A DNA stretch of 64,000 nt from Azolla caroliniana (taxonomy: Eukaryota; Plantae; Polypodiophyta): positions 4,154,001 through 4,218,000 of the forward strand of contig JBHGNT010000009.1 in assembly GCA_043228905.1 (NCBI GenBank), in the 5' to 3' direction. This document shows, one piece after another, positions 38,301 to 51,453 of the stretch (position 1 is its first letter; every line of letters begins with the position of its first letter). Below the pieces are notes generated by a model that saw only the letters and a list, made by a program, of their open reading frames with translations, was not told where the DNA came from and did no database searches. The position numbers and the translations under genes were made by a program.

Positions 38301-40659
38301 AATCGTTCGTTTGGTCTAAAGAAGCGGACATGGCTTTCGAGAGTCTTAAAAAGGCATTTACATCGGCTACAATTCTAGCTCATGTCGATCCGGAAAAACC
38401 ATTCATTATCGAAGCAAACACATCGGATTTCACATTGGGGAGCATTCTGTCACAACAGGGTAATGATGAGAAGCTACATCCTGTGGCTTTTCAATCACGC
38501 AAGTTTGACGCCGCCAAAATCAACTACGAAATTCATGATAAGGAGCTATTGGCAATAGTGGATTCTTTTACGCAATGGAGGCATTTTCTAGAGGGATCCT
38601 CTCATCAAGTCACCGTATTTAGTGACCACAAAAACCTTGCCTACTTTCAGGATGCTCGTGTGTTAAATCGACGTCAAGCTCGATGGGCCCACTTCCTCAC
38701 GTGTTTCGACTTCAAAATTACATATCATCCGGGGAAGCACCAAGGGAAGGCAGATGCATTATCACGACGTTCGTACCTAGCACTGCGTCCCGACGAGCCA
38801 ACTTTTGATAACCAAAAGCAAGTAATCTTGGGACCAACACGACTGCAAGCAACACAGGTCTTTGGCATGCCAATGGATTCCCACGTTATCGATACGATAC
38901 GTGAGGACTTGAAGACCAATGCTTTCACCCAAGCCATTCTAGCATAAATTGATCCCTCTCGAGCATCTTGTTCACAGTCGCAACCACCAGGTACGGACTA
39001 TCTGCAATTCAAATAACATGATGGATTACTATTCTTTAATGAACTCTTGTATGTTCCCAATGGTTCTTGCCGCCTTCGAGTAGTCCAAAACTGTCATGAC
39101 ACATATACAGTTGGGCATTTTGGTAGTACTTAAACATTAGATTTAGTACAACGATCATTTTGGTGGCCCCGTATACGACAATTTGTCGAAGATTTTGTTC
39201 GGACTTGTGATACATGTTGTAGAGCGAAAATGTCAAGGTAGAGCGAAAATGTCAAGGCATCATCCATATGGTTTATTAGAACCATTACCAATTCCAAGCA
39301 AGTCGTGGCAATCCATTGCTCTAGACTTCATCACAGATCTTCCAGTCTCTAAGGGGTTCAATGCGATTCTAACAGTCGTAGATCGATGTACGAAGATGGC
39401 TCATTTCTTGCCATGTACTAAGGAGATATCCAGTGAAGAAACCGCTGAAATTGTCATGCGTGAAGTATGTCGGCATCATGGCCTTCCCGAACCCCCTCAA
39501 GGTCACGTGTAACCTCTCTTCCAGCTACCACCCACAAACAGATGGCCAAGCAGAATGCACAAATCAAACACTGGAGTAGTATCTTCGGTGCTTTCTAAGC
39601 TATCATTAGGATGACTGGGTAGATATTCTCCACTTCGCTGAATTTGCCTACAATAACTCTGTCCACGTATTGACTAAAGTTACGCCATTTTATGCTTATA
39701 CGGGTTCTCACCCCCGGTGGCGTGTCTTTGAAACCCCAAAGTTGTCCACAAATCCTTGCACAGAGGATCGTTTAGAGCGGTTACGCAAGATACAAGCCAA
39801 TTTATCTACTCATATCCAACAAGCTCAACAAACACACAAGGTTTATGCGGATCGTCATCGACTCCCATCCAGTTTTAACATTGGAGATCGGGTATGGCTA
39901 CTATGACGACACATCAAGACTACTCGCCCATGCGAGAAGTTGGATTATCGACGATTAGGTCCTTTCCGTATTATAAGAAAGATTAATGATGTCGCTTTTC
40001 GTTTCGATCTACCTCCGCAACTTCGGATACATCCGGTGTTTCATAGTTCTCTCCTCGAACCCTATCAAGAGAGCACCATTCCAGGACGTATTACACAACC
40101 TCCACCCCCGATTGAGCTTGAAGATGACCTGAGTACAAGGTTGCTGCCATCCTTGATTCCAAGATTGTTTGCAACAAGCTCTACTATCTAGTTGATTGGC
40201 TAGGATATAGTCCTAGCGAGCGTACTTGGGAACCGATAGAGAATGTGACCAATGCTCGTGCTCTTATTGAAGACTTCCATCGTCAATATCCAGACAAACC
40301 GGGTCCTCAATCCAAAACGACTCGTAACACTCGTCGTTTTAGAAGGGGGATAGTGTCATGATACGGCAAGACTCGAACCCATGACCTTATGGTGCATGGG
40401 TCGAGCTCTTGACCATTAGACCATACATTGTAATACATAGATTATTATTTTCATTTATGTTTTATTATAGAAAATTGATGTATATACCAGATTTCTCTGG
40501 AACATTCTAGAAACTTCAGGAGTATTCCTTAGAACACTATAAAAAGAGGCACAAGGCATTATTTCCAACCAAATCGGTTCAACGCCAATCTTAAGCCTCT
40601 TAGTTACTACGGTACATTCTCTTCACATAATATATATATCTTTTCTTATCATCACTCAC

Positions 40660-40717
<58 letters not shown>

Positions 40718-40816
40718 TCACTCACTGTTTCCTTCTCTCGAGAGTTCTTCACCTCTCTTAGTACTAATACTTCTTTTAGTACTAATTCCTTCTCTGTCTT
40801 AGTATTGTTCCTGACA
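35327..40816 (+). mobile_element. Full-length degenerate Ty3/Gypsy chromovirus, Tcn1/Tf1-like (self-primed)
   Basis: LTRs 35327-35767 and 40354-40816; TSD GGAGC; gag [51 protein letters not shown] and YLDD, RH DKELLAIV, IN WQSIALDFIT, chromodomain YYLVDWLGY..ERTWEP; PPT agaaggggga; no tRNA-type PBS; multiple stops. Confidence 0.93.
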
Positions 40817-40906
40817 GGAGCAAGCTTAGCCTTTGTGATGAAACACAAGGCTAATTCGATGAAGACAAGCACCTTGAAACCGAATGAGGTATGGTATGTT
40901 CATCCG

Positions 40907-41665
40907 AGTAGCCGTCGATAATGTACTTTTCGGCTTTCGTGTTGTCGTGAAGATCCGTCACTAGGTGCGGATCGTGAGGCGGAACCACCGGGGTCCTGGA
41001 TTGGAAGGATTCGAAGTTTGCACTAGCTTTAGTAAGAAAGTATTTAAGATAGATTGAAAGAGAGAGAGATTAAGATAAAGATTGAACGCTTGATTTTAGA
41101 TTTGAGAGACAAGATATATCAATAGGATAACAAGTTTTCTTATTATTTTCCCCAAAATTTACATTCCAATTTTTTTTTACCTTCGTCCCACTTGCTTGAT
41201 TCCTCCGTTCTTTTATAGATGCCCCCATGCATATGGTGCATGTGAGGGTGCAAGACATGCACGGAATGCATGCAATGCATGCTTGCCATGTCATCATCTA
41301 AGCGCTCATGTATGAGAATTACATGTAAAAGTATAGTGATAAAAAATATATTCCTAAAGAAATGATTTGGCTTAATGGTAAGCCTATAGACTCTCAACTT
41401 GGAGGTGCAATGTTCAAGTCTTGCATACATCCATTTTTAAAGCACAAAATACTATTAGGCTTTTGGTCTTGTAATTACACCAAATATCTTTAAGACACCA
41501 TGCACCGCGATCAACTGATCCGTCTGATTTGCACCCGTTTGGTCCGCATCTCAAGCCGGTTCCGTCACCGGTCGGTCACCGGTTCATGCACACATGCAAT
41601 GCTACCGAACACCCGAAGGTGTGCCAAATTTGACAGCTGCTCGAAATACAATTCATGCGGCGACA
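40907..41665 (-). mobile_element. Probable solo LTR of another family inserted in the old Copia
   Basis: imperfect inverted ends (a)gtagccg...cggcgaca; minus-strand TATAAAA at ~41211-41217; interrupts Copia coding sequence; TSD not identified. Confidence 0.45.
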
Positions 41666-44334
41666 CCTTTGTCCCTAAGATAGATATTTGATTCTGGATT
41701 TAGACGACTGTCCGAATTGCTTTGGTCCAATAAAACTTGGGCATGCTTTTCTCCTCAAGCATCACCCTTTCCGCTTCTAGTAGTGTCCTGTTTCGACGCT
41801 CAGCCACGCCATTCTGCTCCGGCGTGTATCTGCAGGAGAATTCCCGTCGAATTCCCTTCATTTGTAGCTAGCTCGTGAATTGGTTGGAAAAGTATTCTTT
41901 TCCGCCATCCAATCTTAGACACTTGATCTTTCTTCCGGTCTCGCGTTCGACAAGGTTCTTGCAATCATGGAAACACAAGAAGACTTCGCTTTTCTTGTGC
42001 TGAGTGAAATCATCGATGAAGGAGATAAAATACCGACTCCCGCCTATGCTCACGTTCTATGCCGGTTCCCACACATCTAAATGGATGAGATCAAGCCGAT
42101 TCTAGATCTGATTCTTCTCATTGGGGAATGGAAGCCTATGTTGCTTCTCTAGCTGGCAATATAACCCTCGATCGAAAGCAGTCTGAATCAGCCGAGATGT
42201 CGTTTGTGATGAATTGGCATCTTGGTACTTCTCTCCACTCGAGCCCGAGCCGATTGCTGTTGATGATCCGGTAGAATCTAGAACATAGAGAAGCGTAGCG
42301 GAATCTGAACGACCAGATAGTCCGCCTTCAATCTGGATGAGTGGACCGAATCCGGACTGGTTGAGTCGAAGTGGTCAACGAGACGACGAACCGGCGAGTA
42401 GTGAAGACTCGGTCGTGCTCTCCCCGTGCAAGGAACCAAGGAGACAATTCACGTTCAAAGATAAAGGGAAGAAGAAGATGCCGGAGTATGACACTGGTAG
42501 AGACGAGTCGGATTGGAGCGAAACTAACTCCGGGTAGAACAAAGATGGACCTTAGCAAGAGAAGTCTGAGTTGGCCAAGAGAGCCTTGAAATCGGCTAAT
42601 GAGAAGTTGCGCCAATCCACCCGCCAGAAAAACCCCGTGAAGAGGTATGGGTACAATGAGTATATGGTGCATCATTATGTGTACATGGCGAAGGTGGTAG
42701 CCATGCACAAGCCGGAGAGCTATGTAGAAGCGACTATGGATCCGAACTGGCAACATGCCATAGAGGAAGAGATGTACGCTCTCATGGAGAATGAGACGTG
42801 GGATTTAATTGATGTACCGAAAGGGGTGAAGCCGATGGGTTGCCGATGGGTATACAAAGTGAAATACATCACCGATGGCTCAATCAACCTATACAAGGCC
42901 CGATTAGTGACAAAGGGCTATGCGCAACAACACGAGATCGACTATGATGAGACGTTCGTGCCGGTCGCAAAGATGAAGACCATTTGTGTCTTGCTTGCAA
43001 TGGAAGTAGCGAAGGGGTGGCATCTACATCAGATGAATGTAAATAATGCAGTCCTGCAAGGTGATATTCAAGAGCAGGTATATATGGTTCATCTACATCA
43101 GATGAATGTAAATAATGCAGTCCTGCAAAGTGATATTCAAGAGCAGGTATATATGGTTCAACCCCTCGGATTTTAGTCCGGAATGAACACATCGGCGGTA
43201 TGCCGATTGAAGAAGTCCCTCTACGGACACAAGCAAGCCCCGCATGCTTGGAACACGAAAATCACACAGAGATTGCGTCAGATGGGGTTTACTCCATTGA
43301 AATCAGACTCTTCACTTTTCATCTGGCAAGATCAGAACGGGCCGGTAAGCATTTTGCTTTATGTTGATGATTTAGTCATCGTTGGTGCCGATCTGGACGA
43401 AGTAATGAAGGTCTCGGTGACCTTCATTACTTCCTTGGGATCGAAGTGATCCGCAACCCCAAAGACAAATTGATCAGGCAACGACATTATGTGCTGAGTA
43501 TGATCTTCAAATTTGGTATGGCGGAATGCAAATCCATCTCGAGTCCTCTGGACCGGAATGTGAAGCTTCGCCCCAACTCCGGAATGGCATGTGACCCGAA
43601 AAGGTTCCGACAAATAGTTGGAAGCCTCATATATATGACCATTACCTGGCCATACCTCAGTTATCTGGTCAAACTAATTAGTCAATTTATGGTGCATCCA
43701 ACCATGGAGCACCTTTAGTGCGCACACTGAATACTAAGGTACGTCAATGAAACTAAGGACATGGCGTTGTTGTATCGGACCGGTGTAGCCGAATAGATTG
43801 TCGACTACACCGATGCCAATTGGGCCAGAAATGTCGACGACCGTAGGTCTACATCTGGATATGCATTTTCACTAGGAAGCGCCGTGGTTGCTTGGAGTAG
43901 CAAAAAGCAGCCGACAGTAGCATTGTCGAGCATGGAAACCGAGTACAAAGGAGCGGTTGTCGCAACGTGGCAAAGAACCCCGTCTTTCACACCCGGAATC
44001 TCTGGTGAAGTGAGGTGCACTATCATTTTGTCTGAGAGCGCGGTCTCTCTGGTGAAATCTTATTGCTACATGTTCCGACAGATCGGCAGGTGGCTGACAT
44101 ATTCACCAAACCCCTCGGCTTAAACAAGTTGCGACATTTTTCCGGTTCACTGGGTGTGCAGTACCTCGATATGCCAATCTTGAGGGGGAGGAAGGAAAGG
44201 AGGAATGAGAAAGATGATCGAAAAGCCAAGTGTGAAACCGATTTCGACTTCGGCCCGACTGAAGATGTCGGAGTGCACGAGTTGGCTGAAGAAGCCGAGA
44301 CTGAACGCAAGGGGAGCCACTGTCAGAACCAAGG

Positions 44335-44692
44335 ATAAAAGATAGAGTGATGGATAGAGTGATGGAAGAAGGATATTAGAGAACACGCGAAGAAAGGAAC
44401 GAAATACTAAGAGAAGAATGGATGTATAAGATAGAGAAAGAAAGAGAATGGATACAAGATATATAATGAGAGCTAAAGACTAGTGTTGATTCGAATTGAT
44501 TTGAGAATACATGTATGCCCTTATTTATAGGTTCATATAGAATAGCTTAGAGATTTCTAGAATGTTCTAGAATGTTCTAGAATGTTCTAGACCTAGAATG
44601 CTCTAGGACATTCTAGAACATTCTAGAATAATCTAGAGTTTTTACAATAATCAATGTAATACAAGAAGTAGCTTTTATTGTTTCATATAACA
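44335..44692 (-). mobile_element. Solo or remnant LTR with a heat-shock-element array
   Basis: minus-strand 5' end TGTTATATGAAACA at 44692; TATAAATA at ~44522-44529; alternating GAA/TTC pentamers 44555-44628; left end unclear. Confidence 0.6.
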
Positions 44693-44997
44693 ATAAGCTA
44701 TCTTAATGGTTGAGGTTTTCAAGTCCGGGTGACGCCATAATGGTCATGTGTTCATGACAGCCACTGGAACAGAGAGCCCAAGCCGAAGCCAACTGAAAAA
44801 GGGGAGGCAAAGCCGAGAAGACCAAGACACGGACATGGTCTGATGTCGTGAAGGGCATGAAGATTGAGGATGAATTAGAGACATCCAATTCAGACAAGAG
44901 GTGGAACGAATCGGAGTCACCCGATTCAGAAGCGGTGCTTGATTCAGAGGAGCCGGATCAACTGAAGGCCAAACGTACAAGGATGCAATGAAAGTCG

Positions 44998-47900
44998 TGT
45001 TGGGATTTCGGTCCCTCCGGATGGGATGTCCGGAGATGAATGACGGCAAGCCCGGTTCTGGTTACGGAACCGGATGATGAATAGTACCCGGCATGAAGCC
45101 GGATGAAGAGACCCCGGTTACGGAGCCGGATGATGAAGACCCGGTTACGGAGCCGGATGACGAAGACCCGGCTACGGAGCCGGATGATGAAGACCCCGGC
45201 TACGGAGCCGGATGACGAATGTACCCGGAGAGAGATCCGGATGCGGGGACATATTTGTGAATATGTTTGCCAAGAGCCCTTGAGGCTATATTTGTAAATA
45301 GCCCGAAAGTCATATGTGTATAAATATGACTTAGGGCAAACAGTTTTATGTTGCTACTCATTTTTCTGTTTTTCACTCAAGAGGAGTGAAGAGGAAGCAG
45401 CCGAGAGAGAGAGAGAGAGATAGAGCGCGAGAGAGAGACAAAGAGGTAGACGCCTCTGTGTATTTCCGCCGCCTGTGGCGAGGACAGCGAGCTCAAGGTC
45501 GTTGCCTTGCAGCTCGCCATTGTATATTTCTCTGTGCATAGTTTGGTTTGGAGTCTCGCACTCCCGTGGTTTTTTTTTCCCGTATAGGGTTTTCCACGTT
45601 AATCCCTGTGTATCGCGTCTTTCTCTGTATTTCATATTTTCTGCTGCATTGATCCGCGATTACTCGGTTGTGGCCGAGCGGAGAAGGTGAATCAAACCGT
45701 TGATTCCCTACAAACTGGTATCAGAGCGACTGTTGCAGAAAATGGAAGGCGGCGGCAGCGCACAGCCGATGATGATGGTGCTGAATGCACAGAATTACGC
45801 CGACTGGAAGATCAAGATGGAGGATCTTCTGATTGTTCGGGACCTGTACAAACCGATTGACAGGTCGGAAATACCGAAAGGGGTACTTGAGTCGGAGTGG
45901 AAGCTCCTGAACCGGAAAGCCGTAGCGACGATCCGACAATATGTCGATGTAAGCGTCCTACAACACGTGGCGAACGACACCAACGCATACGAGATGTGGA
46001 AGAAGCTGTCGGGCCTCTACGAGAGGAAGAATGCGTTGAACCGGACCTCCCTGATGAGGAAGATAGTGAATCTCAAGTACCGGGACGGCGAGAGTATGGT
46101 GGAACACGTAAGCACGTTCATGGGATTCGTGAACCAGCTTGCGGCGATTAAGTTCCCGTTGGAGGATGCAATGCAAGCCATCATCCTGATGTGTACATTG
46201 CCGGAAAGCTGGGAGAACTTGGTGGTGACTCTCAGCACCTCGTGCACCGAAGATAACTTGTCCTTACAAACGGTAAAGACAAGTATTTTGAACGAAGAAG
46301 CGCGTCGGAGAGATAAAGAACCGGCCTCCGACACGAAGGCGCTGCTTACCGAATCGGATCGGGGAAGACAATGGAACCGGAGTCCGCAAAGACGGGAGAA
46401 GTCGGGGACCCGGTCGCAGTCAAGAGGAAGGCCTACATGCTTCCACTGTGGGAAGCCGGGGCACTTTCGGAAGAATTGTCGGCATTACCGAAAGGACAAC
46501 GGAGCCGACGACACCGATTCGAAGAAGTCACCGGAGAGAAACGGTGCATACCGGGGAGCCACGGACCGGAGAGGTCCGGATCGGCGAGGGCAGGACCGGA
46601 GAGGAACGACGGCACTCGCGGCAAGTGAAGAAGAGATAATGCTCATTACCGAAGAGAGGGAGCTGAACCTTGCCGGAGAAGAGATGACCTGGGTGGTCGA
46701 TTCCGGAGCGTCGTTCCACCTGACCCCGGAGAAGAAATACTTCTCATCCTACACAGCCGGTGAGCATGGCTGTGTCCGGATGGGAAATGAAGGAACATGC
46801 CGGATTGCCGGCATAGGAGACGTGTGGCTGATGACATCAACCGGATGCAAGATGCTGCTGAAGGATGTGCGACACGTTCCGGAGGTCCGATTGAACCTGA
46901 TCTCGGCCGGGAGGCTAGATGATGAAGGTTACACGGGTAGCATCCGGAACGGTGTCATGAAGTTCAGCAAGGGGAGCCTGATAGTGGCTCGGGCCCGGAA
47001 GGTCAACACACTGTACCTGATGAATGCCCGGTTATGTCCGGAAGAGCTGAATGTGGCAGCCGACACTGCCGGTGAGCTGTGGCACAAAAGACTGTGCCAC
47101 ATGAGTGAGAAGGGGATGAAGAGGCTTGCAGAAGACAACCTTATTCCAGTGAATCATGTGCATCTGGAGAAGTGCACCGACTGCCTGGCCGGTAAGCAAA
47201 ACCGGACCTCCTTCCGCTCAAGGCCACCGACGAGACGTAGTGCACCATTGGAGCTGGTGCACACTGACGTGTGTCAAGTAGAAACGAAGTCACATGGCGG
47301 AGCCCAGTACTTCGTGACATTCATTGATGATCACAGTCGGAAGCTGTGGACGGCACCGTTGAAGACAAAGGACCAAGTATTGTCCGTCTTCAAAGAACTT
47401 CACGCGAGAGTGGAAAGGGAATCCGGCAAGAAGCTGAAAGCGATACGAGCGGATAACGGAGGGGAATACCGGGGGCAGTTCCAGGAGTACTGTCGCTCGA
47501 AGGGAATCCGGCTCGAGTTTACAGTGCCGAAGACGCCAGAACTGAACGGGCTGGCCGAGAGGATGAACCGGACCATAATGGAGAGGGTCCGGAGTATGCT
47601 GGCGCATGCGAAATTACCCAAGGGGTTTTGGGCTGAGGCAATGTCGACGGCGACATACGTAATAAACAGATCACCCTCAGTACCTTTGGACGGGGACACG
47701 CCGCAGAAAGTGTGGACCGGTAAGGAAGTGTCCTACCGGCATCTGAAGGTGTTCGGGTGTCTCGCATATGTGCATGTGGCAAAGGACCGGAGAGGAAAGC
47801 TAGATCCAAAGACCCGTCCATGCATATTCCTCGGTTACGGCGACGACGAGTTCGGCTACCGAGTATGGGACCCGGTCGACAAGAAGATATTCAGGAGTCG

Positions 47901-50540
47901 TGATATCATCTTCATGGAGGACAAGACACTCGCCGACTGGGAGTCGGAGAAGAAGATGAAGAGCTCCAAGTCGACCGGTGAGAATCAACTCTACGAGGAG
48001 CAGTCCTGACCGGCAAGGGACCGGTTAGCACTCGAGAATCCGGCCGAAGACGGTGAAGAAACAGAACCGGCCGAAGAAGATGAAAATGATACCGGAACCG
48101 GCCCCGAACCCGAAATGGATTCGGATGAAGAAGAATCGGAAGAACCGGTTACCGAAGCTCCGGATCGGAGATATCCTCTAAGAGAGAGAAGGGCCCCCCG
48201 GAGATTTCCGGAACCAGAGCACGTGCTGCTAACCGACGAAGGGGAGCCGGAGAGTTTTGAAGAAGCAAAGCATGACACCAAGAGCCGCAGGTGGTTGAGT
48301 GCCATGCAGGACGAGATGGATTCCCTGCATGAGAACCACACATATGAACTTGTGGAGTTGCCGAAAGGAAAGCGGGCACTTCGAAACAAGTGGGTGTTCA
48401 AGCTGAAACCGGGAGATGCCGAAAACCCCCCGAGATACAAAGCCAGGATCGTGGTGAAGGGGTTTCAGCAGAAGAAGGGCGTCGACTTCGACGAGATATT
48501 CGCCCCGGTAGTGAAGATGACCTCCATTCGGACGGTGCTGAGCATAGCGGCAAGCATGGACCTCGAGGTAGAACAGATGGACGTGAAGACGACATTCCTT
48601 CACGGTGACCTCGAAGAAGAGATATACATGCAGCAACCGGAAGGATTCGAGAAGAAAGGGAAGGAGCACCTGGTATGCCGGTTGAAGAAGAGCCTTTACG
48701 GACTGAAGCAGGCTCCCCGGCAATGGTACCGGAAGTTCGACTCCTTCATGACCGACGAAGGGTACCTCAAAACGCAGTCCGACCACTGCGTGTTTGTGAA
48801 GAAGTTCGACGGAGGAGACTCTCTAATACTCCTCCTGTACGTGGACGACATGTTGATCGTCGGACGGGACCAGGTCAAGATACGGATGCTGAAGAAGGCT
48901 CTTCACCGAACCTTCTCAATGAAAGACCTGGGTCCGGCGAGGCAAATACTAGGGATGCACATCATCCGGGACCGGAAGAAGAAGCAGTTGTGGCTGTCAC
49001 AGGAGAAGTACGTGACAAAGGTGCTTCAACGGTTCAACATGACGGAAGCAAGACCGGTCGGATCAACCCTCCCGACAAACTGCAAGTTATCCGGCAAGCA
49101 AAGTCCCAAGACAAAGGCTGAGAAGGAGGACATGATGAAAGTACCATATGCCTCTGCCGTCGGAAGCTTGATGTACGCAATGGTGTGTACAAGACCGGAC
49201 ATAGGATATGCAGTCGGAGTGGTGAGCCGGTACATGAGTAACCCCGGCAAGGAGCACTGGAACGCGGTCAAATGGACACTCCGATACCTGAAGGGCACGG
49301 CAAACGTGTGCCTCCGATTCGGCTCCGGTAAGCCCGAACTCGATGGATTTACCGATTCGGATATGTCGGCTGATGCAGATACCAGCCGGTCCACATCAGG
49401 GTATGTGATGACGTATGCAGGGGGAGCTGTTTCGTGGCAGTCGAGGCTGCAGAAGACGGTTGCGTTGTCAACCACGGAGGCGGAGTACATGGCGGCTGTT
49501 GAAGCCGGCAAGGAAATAATATGGATGAAGGACTTCATTAGAGAGCTCGGTATCCGGCAGAAGGAGTACCGACTCTACTGCGACAGTCAGAGTGCCATCC
49601 ACCTTGCGAAGAACGCGGCCTATCACTCCCGGACGAAGCACATCCAGCGAAGATATCACTGGATCCGGGAAAGGATAGAAGACCAGGAGTTCGTGTTGAC
49701 GAAGATCCACACGGACGAGAACGGGTCAGATATGCTGACCAAAGTGCTCACACCCGACAAGCTAGAAGCATGCCGGAAGAGGATCGGATTGGAGAGACAT
49801 CCCATGCCGAAGTGAAGGGGGAGTTTGTTGGGATTTCGGTCCCTCCGGATGGGATGTCCGGAGATGAATGACGGCAAGCCCGGTTCTGGTTACGGAACCG
49901 GATGATGAATAGTACCTGGCATGAAGCCGGATGAAGAGACCCCGGTTACGGAGCCGGATGATGAAGACCCGGTTACGGAGCCGGATGACGAAGACCCGGC
50001 TACGGAGCCGGATGATGAAGACCCCGGCTACGGAGCCGGATGACGAATGTACCCGGAGAGAGATCCGGATGCGGGGACATATTTGTGAATATGTTTGCCA
50101 AGAGCCCTTGAGGCTATATTTGTAAATAGCCCGAAAGTCATATGTGTATAAATATGACTTAGGGCAAACAGTTTTATGTTGCTACTCATTTTTCTGTTTT
50201 TCACTCAAGAGGAGTGAAGAGGAAGCAGCCGAGAGAGAGAGAGAGAGATAGAGCGCGAGAGAGAGACAAAGAGGTAGACGCCTCTGTGTATTTCCGCCGC
50301 CTGTGGCGAGGACAGCGAGCTCAAGGTCGTTGCCTTGCAGCTCGCCATTGTATATTTCTCTGTGCATAGTTTGGTTTGGAGTCTCGCACTCCCGTGGTTT
50401 TTTTTTCCCGTATAGGGTTTTCCACGTTAATCCCTGTGTATCGCGTCTTTCTCTGTATTTCATATTTTCTGCTGCATTGATCCGCGATTACTCGGTTGTG
50501 GCCGAGCGGAGAAGGTGAATCAAACCGTTGATTCCCTACA
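44998..50540 (+). mobile_element. Young full-length Ty1/Copia element (Tork/Tnt1-like)
   Basis: 715 bp LTRs 44998-45712 and 49826-50540 (one visible SNP); TSD AGTCG; PBS tggtatcagagcg (tRNA-iMet); PPT gaagggggag; 27-28 bp tandem repeats in U3. Confidence 0.97.
45742..49815 (+). pseudogene. Copia gag-pol polyprotein with one premature stop (TGA 48007-48009)
   Basis: CFHCGKPGHFRKNC, WVVDSGAS, GAG-pre-integrase, integrase, YVDD, RNaseH; the sister copy has R (CGA) at the stop position and the frame continues. Confidence 0.92.
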
Positions 50541-50954
50541 AGTCGACACCAACATGAAGGAACCGACGGGTCGAGACGTGCCGGAGTCATAACAACAAAG
50601 GAGTTGAGGTGGGCCTTCTCAGCAGACAAGCTGACCTAGAAGGTTGAGGTGCGAGGGACCAGGCAGATCGTGGAAAGCAGAACTGAGCGGGTTGAGGAGC
50701 GCGAGCAAGGCGGGAGGACACTGAGGGGAGCCGGAGAAGAGGACCGACTACCACGGACACTGATACAATGATTCGAGCTCAAGTTGAGCTTGAGGGGGAG
50801 TGTTGAGCGAACAAGCTCAACCGGATCCAGAACGAAGAACCATGATCTAGATCAAAGAGCTAGATCGGATTGTAACCGGTAGGCCATTAGAGGTGTACGA
50901 ATCTAGCCTAGTACGTAGGCCTATTTTTAGGAGTCATTGTAAGTTGCTCATATG

Positions 50955-51250
50955 AGCATTGAAGTACATGTCAGTACTTATGTCAATCCTTTCATGGACT
51001 TGTATAAAAGTGCTCACCGAGCACATTGTATGTACAGAGTGTTATTATTTTGCACATGCTCGAGGTGTCTTTCAAGTATTGGAGTATCCATTTGACAGCT
51101 ACCCAATGGTCCTTTCCCAGATTGCTCATGAACCGGCTGACCACTCCGACGACATATCCAATATCCGGTCGTGTACACACCATTTCATACATGAGGCTTC
51201 TAACTACAGGGGCATACAATATCTTGATCATTTTCGACTTCTCTGCATTT
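50955..51250 (-). mobile_element. Degenerate Copia RT fragment (host of the solo LTR; resumes briefly at 58749-58761)
   Basis: SLMYEMVCTRPDIGYVVGVVSRFMSNLGKDHWVAVKWILQYLK. Confidence 0.8.
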
Positions 51251-51453
51251 TGTCATGATATGGTAAGACTCGAACCCATGACCTTATGTTACATGGGTCG
51301 AGCTCTTGACCATTAGACTATATGTTGTAATACGAAAGATATTATTTTCATTTAGGTTTTACTATAGAAAATTGATATATATTACAGATTTCTCTGGAAC
51401 ATTCTAGAAACTTCAGGAGTACTGCTGAGAACACAATAAAAGGAGGCACAAGG

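Larger units (their letters stand above)
34700..50950 (+). mobile_element. Old fragmented Copia element that hosts the nest (gag 34700-35326 and 40817-40905; inverted integrase 41700-42160; RT/RNaseH 42570-44330; PPT and 3' LTR from 50801)
   Basis: gag SVADYMTRMKDIYDSLASIN and CWYCGRKGHREIEC knuckle; RT WVYKVK..YKARLVTKGYAQ, LLYVDDLVI; RNaseH VAWSSKKQPTVALSS, QVADIFTKPL; many stops and frameshifts; gagggggag|tgttg at 50801. Confidence 0.8.

Noticed and set aside
45050-45245. CRISPR-like or coding repeat (MKRPRLRSRMMKT...)
   Set aside because: Ordinary 27-28 bp U3 tandem repeats of the Copia LTR with no unique spacers
47990-48030. Programmed readthrough between integrase and RT
   Set aside because: The sister copy has CGA here, so it is a simple C->T nonsense mutation
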